A stretch of DNA of 64,000 nt, from the NCBI GenBank assembly GCA_002104945.1, contig MCFH01000076.1, positions 62,001 through 126,000 on the forward strand, given 5' to 3'. The first letter of the stretch is position 1, and each line of letters starts with the position of its first letter. The notes below the pieces were generated by a model that ran no database searches, was not told the origin of the DNA, and saw only the letters and a program-made list of their open reading frames with translations. This DNA comes from Piromyces finnis finn (taxonomy: Eukaryota > Fungi > Neocallimastigomycota). Below, in pieces: positions 48,430 to 64,000 of the stretch. Position numbers and translations under genes: made by a program.

Positions 48430-48777
48430 TTTTTTAAAAAATGTGTATATGTGTATAGTATATATATTTACAATAATATTAAGGTGATAAATTTATATAT
48501 TTATGTTTTTTAAATTAAATATTCTTATTGGTTGAATTTTTAAATTAAAATAGAGTATAATTAAATATTAAATTAATATGAATGGATTATACTTATTAAT
48601 AATGAAAATAAAAAAAAAAAGATATTGAATGACTTTTATATATGTAATTTTTTTTTTTTTTTATTTTATAGATTTTTGATAATTAATTTTTAATTACTAT
48701 TTAAAAAATAAAGATTTTTTGTGTATTTCATATAATAAAAATATAAATAATCAGTTCAAAGCTATTTTTGACACATC

Positions 48778-49177
<400 letters not shown>

Positions 49178-49463
49178 CATTGTTATTTTCTTTGTATATA
49201 TTTATTATATTTTATAATTCTCAATTTTATTCATATTTTTATTTATAATTTATATTAAAATTTAAAAAAATAAAATTTTTTTTATTAATAATAATAATAA
49301 TTTTATTATATTATTTTTTTGGCAAAATATAGTAGAAATTTTCCCTTCGGAATTTAATTTACTATACATATTTCTACATTTTCACAAGGTTTAAATGTGT
49401 AGTGAGATTTTATATTAACTTAATTATAAAAACAAATAGAAAAATAATAAAATTATAAACTTT

Positions 49464-49505
<42 letters not shown>

Positions 49506-49687
49506 ATCATTATAAATTACTATTTTTTACTTAAATCTTATTTCTTTAAAATTTTTGCTATAAAAATAAAAGAATAGTGATAATATATATTACATATATA
49601 CTGTATATGTATAGTTATTTTTTTTTTAAAAAAATTTTTTTTATATAATGATAATATAAACATAATATAATTTTGAATTTTAATAAA

Positions 49688-54929
<5,242 letters not shown>

Positions 54930-55941
54930 TAAAAATTCAGAATTTCATCTATCTTATATTATAATGTTAAAGCCAGCAAAACTCATTATCATCATAATAT
55001 TATAATATATATATTTAATATCTATATTTTGTCTTTTCAATTTAACTTATAAACTATTTCTTTATATTAGTAAAATGATTTAAATCAATCAAAAACATAA
55101 CTATAAATATAAATAATACATATTATATACATGATTTATTAGAAAGAATTAAATGACTGTATTTAAACCTTTTCTATCATTTAATAAAGTCAAATTTTTT
55201 TGCCTTTTTATATTATTATTGGGGAATTTTTATATAAAATTATAATTATGACTTAGCCTTTTTAGTAGATTTTTAAAATTATATATACCAAAAAGTAATA
55301 AAGTAATATATTATAATCTATTTTTATATTAAAAATTAATTATGTTATTAATTTTTTTTTTATTATAACTTGGTTTATACTATTTTTTAAGAAAACTGTA
55401 TTTTATGTTTTATACAAAAGTATAATTATTAATGTATATATTTATTTTTAAACTATGAAAGTTTTATTGTCTTTGAAAAAAGTGAGTAAAAAATATTTAA
55501 ATATATATATATATATATATTTCATGTATTTCTTTAATTTTTTAAAGTAGAAAAATATTATTTAATTAAAAAAAATAATAGAATTTTATTTTTATATATA
55601 TATTCCTACTTTTTATCTATAGTATTTTTTTAACTTTTTAGAGTTTATTTATTAATTATCCGAAATTTTTATACTATTACTTATCACTTTTTATACTTAA
55701 TAATATATTCAAAAAAAGCTAATTCTTTATTATAATATTATTAAAATAAAGTTATAGGGTTGTTGAATTTCTTTATTAAAGATATAGAAGATTATTATTA
55801 TTATTTTTTTTTTAAATAAAAATTTAAAGACAAATTATGAATAAAGAAAAAAAATTTACATTGTCATGGAAACAAAAATATTGAAAAAAAAAAAAAAGAA
55901 ATATTAAGTTTATTAAAATATCTATTGAATAAAAGATCAAA

Positions 55942-58900
55942 ATGAAAATAAAAGTTATAAACATAATATTTATAATATATATTTTATTAATAAAAGAAAC
56001 GTTTTCAAAATTAAATGATAGTACACTTTATTACATAGATACATATGATAAAAATAATCATTACCAGAAAAGATATACATTAAATTTTAATTATACGTCA
56101 AAAATATTTGATGAATATGAATTCTTAACAAATTTGTAAAATATTTATTATTTTTAATAATATATAAATTTTAATAATATTTTTAATAAAAAAAAGATTT
56201 TGAAGTATTTGTAGTCATCTTATATATTAATATTATAATAATTATAATTAGAGATAATATTAAAACAGCTATTATTTGTGAAGGTGATGATATTGATAGA
56301 ACTGATAATAATAAAAAAATAATAACACTATGGAATACGTCATTCGCAGAGAAGTTTGATAATTCTGCATTATATGCAAGTGTTTTTCCAATATGGTTAA
56401 AGAAACATAAGAATCAAGAAAAAACATTCTGTTTAAAAATCGAAGCAGCTGGATGGTATATACTAAATAGAAATGATAAATTAAAATACAATATTATTTA
56501 CAAATAAATATACATGTCATTATTAAAAAATTTACAAGGGTAGATAATGTAAATGCTGAAATATGTAATGATAATGACAAGTCAGTTCCATGTCCCGATT
56601 TAATCATTTTAGGAACAACACAAGTATTTATTTATAAAAATTTATAGTAATATTAGCAGTAAGAAAATTTATATCATTTTTTATTGATTGTACAATTTCA
56701 TCGAAAGCTCTTACAAAGATATAACAGGGATGAACTTTTGGATATAAATAAATACATTTTAAAATATTTGAAAAATAATGGGAAACCAATTGAAGGAAAA
56801 TTAAATAAATATTCTCATTTTGATTGTTTGTATTAAATAATATATAAATATTAAAAAGGAAATGAAAAGGAAAATAAGGAAACTAATTGGCTATTTTAAA
56901 TAGATTATATTAATGACAGTTGGATTGCTTTCCCATTAATTATTGATTTTAACGTTTTTCGTTTTAATTTGACAACATTTGATTATTGTATTAAAAAAGG
57001 CTATGATCTTCATTATCCTCCAGTAATTTATATAATTTATATATGAAATATATAATATAGTATATAATATATAATACTTATAATATATGTATTTTAATTT
57101 TTTTTATTATTATTATAGCCATATAGTGATTATTGGTAAAAATAATTGAAAATAATAAGATTAATAAAAATAAAATTATAGGAAAATAAAATCTAATAGT
57201 ATTATAATATATATATATATCTTTAAAAAGGGGGGAAAATTATATGGAAACGGTAAGTATATCGAAGTATATTAGAGTTTAATATAATATAAAAAATCAT
57301 TTTTATAATCAAATTAAGATATAAAATTTTATTAAATAATTAAATACTTATATAATTATAAATATTATAGTGGAATTGGGAAAAAGTATTTAAATATGCA
57401 GAAATAATTACAGAGTGTACAGGAAAACCCGGTTTTAAATTTTCTGGAAACATAACAGATGGTAGAAGTTTTTTTTATATATAGATTAACTATACAAATC
57501 ATATAATTTCTTATATAATTTATATTAAATATTAAAAAAAAAAAAAAAAAAAAAAAATACAGATTCAAAATTCTTCGTTATTCTATGTCAGGCACTTGGT
57601 ATACCATTTATCATAGAAGATACGAAATTAGATATAAAGAAAAGTGGTTTCAGGGAAAAGAAATATATAGATAAATTATCAATTATTAAAGATTTATTTG
57701 AAAAGCATTATGTAATAATTACTATATAAATATATACTTTATTTTTTAAGAAATAAAGAATATTAATATTAAATATATATAAAAGATTGAGGAATGGTTA
57801 GATGAATCAGAAATAAAAAAATGGCAAAATTCTTCTTACCCGCAAAGTATAATTGACCAACCTTCATTTTCACATAAAAAAAAGAACAGGAATTTTAATC
57901 TTAATGGAATAATGATTGATTTTTTAGATAAAAATGTAATTGTTATATAAATAATTAATATATGAATTTTAAAGTAATATATTACTAAAAAATTAATTTA
58001 TAGGATTATCCAAATGTAAAATATTCTGTAAGTAAAAAAACACAATAATTATTATAATAATTAATTTGTTGTAATTAATAAAAAAATTAAAAATTAATAA
58101 TAATAAAAAAAATAAATATATAGTACATGCCTGGGAACTCATCATGTATATTATAATTACCTTTTTTAATAATTTCGTTTTTTATATTTATTTTTTATTT
58201 TTTAAATAAAACTAAATTATTATTATTACTATTATTATAATATAAAAGTTCTTGGTGGATCAGGTATATATATATTATAATAATAAAAATGCAATGAATT
58301 TTTTTTTAGGTAATAATTAATTTAAATAAAATTCAAGGTATTGTAATAACTAAGAAATCAAAGTATCAAGAAGAAGCTTATGATTTTATTGAAATATTAT
58401 TGAATGATAATTTTCCATATTTTTCAAAATTGAATATTTTAACATCCGTAATAATTAAACTATATATAAATAATAAATAAATACTTTTTTTTATATATTT
58501 ATATAATTAATAATTATAAAATTTATTATTTATAATAGCTAAGTAAAGATATATCAAATAACAAAAAGTATATATTTATAATTTTTTCACATATATATAT
58601 TTTGTCTGTAATCATAAAATTTAATAAAAGCAATACTTATTTAATATTATATATACAAATATAAATACAAAAGTAATACCAAAAAAGAACTTTGTAATAA
58701 ATTATTAGAATTAGATGGAACGTTTCCATATTATTATGCTTATAAAAATAATATACATGTTATATATTTAAAACATATATCTACTAAATCAGGAAAAGGA
58801 ATTATACTTGATAATTCATTTAACAATTCATTCAATAATTCAATTTTTAATGATTTATTTAATAATAAGGAATTTATATGTGATGATGATGCAAATTACG

Positions 58901-60501
58901 AAAAAAAAACCATAACATATTATGATGAATTTAGAATAAAACTATCATTAAATAATAGTGAAACAATAGTACTGAAATCAATGAGAGATATTAAATTTAT
59001 TGAAAAAATGGATGATTTAACATTATCAGTATTAAATAATATATTGGCAATTTCCAAACCATTACAAGTGAGTATAATCATATATATATAAATTTATTTA
59101 TTTCCTTTTTTTATATATATATAAAATTATTAATTAATAATATTTATTATTATGAATGATAGTTTCCATATAACTCGTTGTAACTATCTTTTCATTACTT
59201 ATTATTATAATAATTAATAAAAAACAATGAAAATTAATATAATTTTTTAAATAATATTAAACTATTTAAATGGATATAAGTTCTGGGATATATGAATTTG
59301 AAATTAGATCACCAATATCGCTATTATTTGCCCATCTTTATTATAAACATAATACAACAAATGAAGGTTCTTTTTCTAGTATTATAAACGAATGTTGTGA
59401 TATTATAGATAATACATTTCTTCCATACTGTGCTAATATTAAGAAAACGAAAGCTAAATATACACTTGGTAAATGTAATAAAGAAACAGAAAAAATACCA
59501 TTAACATATCTTAATTGTATATCAAAAGAAGATGACAGTTATATACATTCAATTAATTGCTTTAATATACCATATTCAAGTACAAAAGGTGTAATAATAG
59601 TTTTATTTTCATCATTTGTCATATTATTAGAAGTTATATATATGATTATATTAACAAGGTATGGTTATTTATTTTAAATTAAATTTTTTTATATTTTTAT
59701 ATTGTATACATAATAATATATATATAATTTTTTTTTTATTATGTAGAAATAGGAAAAAAAATATTACTGATGAAAGCTATAAATTTTTGTTATTTATTAT
59801 TTTGTCCAGTATAATAATTATTTTCTCAGTTTTCTTCTGGATTGGCGAAATTAGTTATTTCAAATGTTTAGTAAAATTCTGGAGTATGATTATAGGGGTA
59901 ATCCATCCTTTTTTCTTTTATTATATAATGAAAGAAATAAAATAATTAATAATTAACAAAAATATATATATAAATTTAAAGCTTACAAGTTTTATTTATT
60001 CCTATACAATAAAATCCGAGACGATTATATCTATATATAAATATAAAAATATGTTAAAATTATATAAGAATAATAAAAGAATAGCAATCTATTTTTTTAC
60101 ATATATGACACAATTAATATTGATGGTTTTATGGACTTTTTCTCAAGATGGAGTAATAAAAAAAACAATGTATCTTGATAACTATGGATCTTATGACTAT
60201 AATAGTTGTTCTACAGGAAATAAATATATTTTGAGTGTTATATATGGATTCGATTATATATTATTAATAATTTCAATAATTAATGCGTATAGAGGAAGAA
60301 ACTGTAATTATTTTAATAATTTATAAATAAAATAATAATTTATTAATATTTTAATATATATATATATTTTTTAATATTTTAAAAAAAAAAAAGTGCCAGA
60401 TGACTTTAATTATGTAAGTTTTTTATAATAAATATATAAATCAAATAGTAATTATAAAAATAATATATTTATTTATTTTATTATTATTATTATTATTATT
60501 A

Positions 60502-60592
<91 letters not shown>

Positions 60593-60957
60593 TTAATTTT
60601 TTTTTTAAAATAGTCTAAAAAAATCTTTATGACATCTTTAGTATCCTTTTTCATGGTAAAAATATATATATAAAATAATAATATAATGTATTTAATAAGT
60701 TCCATTTAATAATATAAAAATTTTATTTATAATAGTTATTATGTTGTCATTTATCAATTATATTGGAAGTAGAAAAAACGGTTCCTCATTTTGCAAACCT
60801 GTTATTAATAAATGTTATTATTTTAGGTGTTAATATTACATTTATTGGGAGAATAATAGTAAATTTGATCAATAATTTTTTTAATAATAAATTTTTTAGA
60901 TCTTCACTATTAATTTTTAACGTAGAAGATAACAATAATAATCTATTATTTAAATGA
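55942..60957 (+). CDS. Multi-exon GPCR-like protein 2, tandem paralog of gene 1
   Basis: Same motifs (PCPDLIILGTTQ, WIAFPL, WNWEKVF, PGNSSFLGGSGIVITKKSK, NECCD, AYRGR-PDDFNY-SKKI) and matching intron positions. Confidence 0.75.
60478..60592. repeat. (TAT)n microsatellite inside an intron of GPCR-like gene 2
   Basis: Directly visible. Confidence 0.9.
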
Positions 60958-61068
60958 AAGATAAAAAAAATAAAATAAAATAAAATAAAATTATACCAAA
61001 ACTTCAGAAGTATTTATTATTTTAATATTTATAATTATTTCTTTATTTATAAATAAATATCTATCTAA

Positions 61069-61105
<37 letters not shown>

Positions 61106-61484
61106 TTTAATAACCTTTCAAAAACTACTTTAAACATTTTAAGTCTAAAAATTATGCAAATATTTTTTAAATTATATATAAAAAATATGATAATACTATA
61201 TTCCTTAAATGCTATTTTCAAAAAGTTAAAAATCAACTTATTTTTTAATATTACCCTTTTTACTCAACTATACACATAATTATAAACCAAAAACTACCTT
61301 ATTATATTTATAATTTTTAATAAAAAAATTTTTTTATTTTTTTAATTTTATTTTTATATTTTTTAAATTGATATTTGCATTATTTATTCATTGTTTTGTT
61401 CACCTTAATTATTTTTAAATTGTTTTATTATTTTGATAGGTAAAAAATTATATTGATATATATTGATCTATAATTAAATTATAT

Positions 61485-63567
61485 TTATTGTTGTTGTTGT
61501 TGTTCAGCTGGTAATGGCTTGTTAGCTGGGAAAAGTAAAACTTCCTTAATGTTGTTAGAGTCAGTAAGGAACATAGTTAAACGGTCAATACCCATACCCC
61601 AACCACCAGTTGGTGGAAGACCGTATTCTAAGGCTTGACAGAAGGTTTCATCAATTAATTGAGCTTCATCATCACCAGCAGCCTTATCACGAGCTTGTTG
61701 AGCGAAACGTTCACGTTGATCGAATGGGTCGTTTAATTCAGTGTAAGCGTTACAAACTTCCTTAGTAGCAACAAACATTTCGAAACGTTCACATAAACCT
61801 GGAACGGAACGGTGAGCCTTAGCTAATGGACTCATCATCATTGGGTGATCCATAATGAAGGTTGGGTTAATACATTGAACTTCAATGAATTCACCAACAA
61901 GTTTATCTAATAAACGAGCGTTAGTACGTGGAGCACCACATTCAACGTTGTGCTTAGTACATAAATCAGAAAGAATCTTATTAGTTTCTGGAGTATCAAG
62001 ATCAGCACCACGTGGAAGCTTAACATCAAGAAGCTTTTCTAATTCTGGAATCATAGAAATACGACGGAATGGTGGAGTGAAATCAATCTTAATGGCTTCA
62101 CCTTCTGGACCATTTGGATGGTATTCAATAACGTATGAACCAGTAATGTACTTAACCATACCAGAAACGAGCTTTTCAGTCATTTCCATAACATCATGCA
62201 TATCAGCATAAGCCATATAGAATTCACAGGTGGTGAATTCTGGGTTGTGAGTTAAATCAATACTTTCATTACGGAATTGACGACCAATTTCGTAAACACG
62301 GTCTAAACCACCAACAACAAGTTGCTTAAGATATAATTCTGGAGCAACACGCATGAAAAGATCTAAGTTTAAGTCATTGTGGTGAGTGATGAATGGCTTG
62401 GCAGTAGCACCACCAGCAATCATATTCATCATTGGAGTTTCAACTTCAAGGAAACCTTGTTGGTCAAGGAAACGTCTTAAATAGTTAACAATCTTAGCAC
62501 GAGTAATGAATTTATCTCTGACATAGTTGTTCATAATTAAATCGAGGAAACGGTTACGGTAACGAGATTCTTGATCCTTGAAACCGTAGTGAGCCTTTGG
62601 TAACATACGTAAACATGGAGAAAGTAAAGTAATATCTTTACAGAAGATAGAAAGTTCACCCTTCTTAGACTTACCTGGGAAACCCTTAACACCAACGATA
62701 TCACCACGTTGTAAAATATCGTGAGTTTCTTGGAAATCTCTTTCAGCGTAATCAATTTGGGCCATAATTTGAACCTTAACACCTTCAGAGTGGAGATCGT
62801 AGAATCTAAGCTTGTTACCAGAAGATCTCTTGTTGTGAAGTCTACCGGCTAAAGTAACTTCAACATCAGTTAAATGTTCACCTTCCTTGAGGTTACTGAA
62901 TTTTTCAATGAATTCTGGAATAGACATTGAAACATGGTATTTGTATGGGTATGGATTTGGTTGCTTTGATTCACGTAACTTTTGAATAGCCTTGCTACGG
63001 TTTTCAAAGTATTTAGTTGGATCAATGTCTTCTTCATTTTCCTTCTTTGGCTTTGGTGGAGCAGCAGCTAATTTGGCAGCCTTCTTGGCTTCCTTTTCTC
63101 TCATCTTAATTCTACGTTTCATTTCACTAATTATATATTTTAATTTAATAAATTTATTAGGATACCATAATTTATATACTTTATATTGACAAATAAATTA
63201 ATAAACATTTTAATAAAATCTCAGATTTAAACTTTTTAATAAAATAATATATCAATTGACCATAATAATTAAAATTATTATATTATATAAAATATTGAAA
63301 TATATATATCTAATTTTTTTTTTATTTTTATTTAGCTTTTTAGAATATCATTATTACTTTTTTTATATTATCTTATTAATAATTTAAGATCATTATACAA
63401 TTAATATTTTTTTATAATTTAAATTTTTAATTTACTTAATCCCAAATTTATATTGATATTATATTATAATTTACTTTAAAATTTATATTTTTTTTATTTT
63501 ATTCATTTTACCTTTTTGAAACGTATTCACCAGTAACTTCATCTAAGATCTTGTTTGGTTCAGACAT
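61485..63567 (-). CDS. KRS1: Cytosolic class II lysyl-tRNA synthetase; exon 1 63567-63512, intron 63511-63127, exon 2 63126-61485
   Basis: Spliced N-terminus [18 protein letters not shown]|SEMKRR with GT..AG; motifs [39 protein letters not shown]; higher GC and biased codon use. Confidence 0.95.
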
Positions 63568-64000
63568 TTTGCTTAAATTTATATATTAATTTAATCGTTT
63601 TAAAATTAATATAATTTTTGTAGTGTATTTCTAAAAAAAAAAAAACATAGTAATAATATTTATGGTATGGCTTTAAAATTTTAAAATGTGATTGGCCGAT
63701 TTGTTAAAAATTAATTTATTATAAAGATTAATGAATAAATAAATGAATAAAATAAATAAATAATGAGATAAATTTTTAAAAAATAATTTTTAAAAATACA
63801 CAGTAAAATTTACAAAATATTAATGTTTAAAATTTTAGGTGGTTTCATTTGAATAAAAATTTTTATTTTTTCAGTTTTTTTATAATAAAAATTAATATAA
63901 AAATTAATATAAAATAAATTAATTGTGTTTTTTATGGTTTAGTAACAGTGTTAATTATATTCCCGACCTGTGTATTGAGAGAGAAATATAATCAAAGATA

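Overview
Extremely AT-rich eukaryotic (fungal) DNA. AT content, a spliced fungal-type lysyl-tRNA synthetase, intronless bacterial-type genes and solute-binding-domain GPCR-like genes together suggest an anaerobic gut fungus (Neocallimastigomycota); this is an inference. Positions ~1-46,100 are a nested LTR-retrotransposon mass. It holds a decayed Ty1/copia, four Ty3/gypsy elements (one intact and very young, two nearly intact, one degenerate), a gag remnant and at least 16 solo LTRs delimited by target-site duplications (TSDs), around one tRNA-Ser(UGA) gene. Positions ~46,300-63,600 are genic: a sugar O-acetyltransferase, a frameshifted F420/NADP oxidoreductase, two tandem multi-exon class-C-like GPCR genes and KRS1. 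Main hunt results: (1) chained TSDs reconstruct a ~22 kb stack of about 9 LTR insertions that all landed 8-17 nt upstream of the tRNA-Ser gene, i.e. Ty3-like tRNA targeting by several LTR families; (2) three chromodomain elements show Tf1-type self-priming, and LTR families with dissimilar sequences share the same 10-11 nt primer; (3) two -1 frameshift cassettes and recurrent terminal hairpins; (4) conserved microexons encode the core of the receptors' solute-binding domain. All coordinates and alignments were read by eye; no searches were run.
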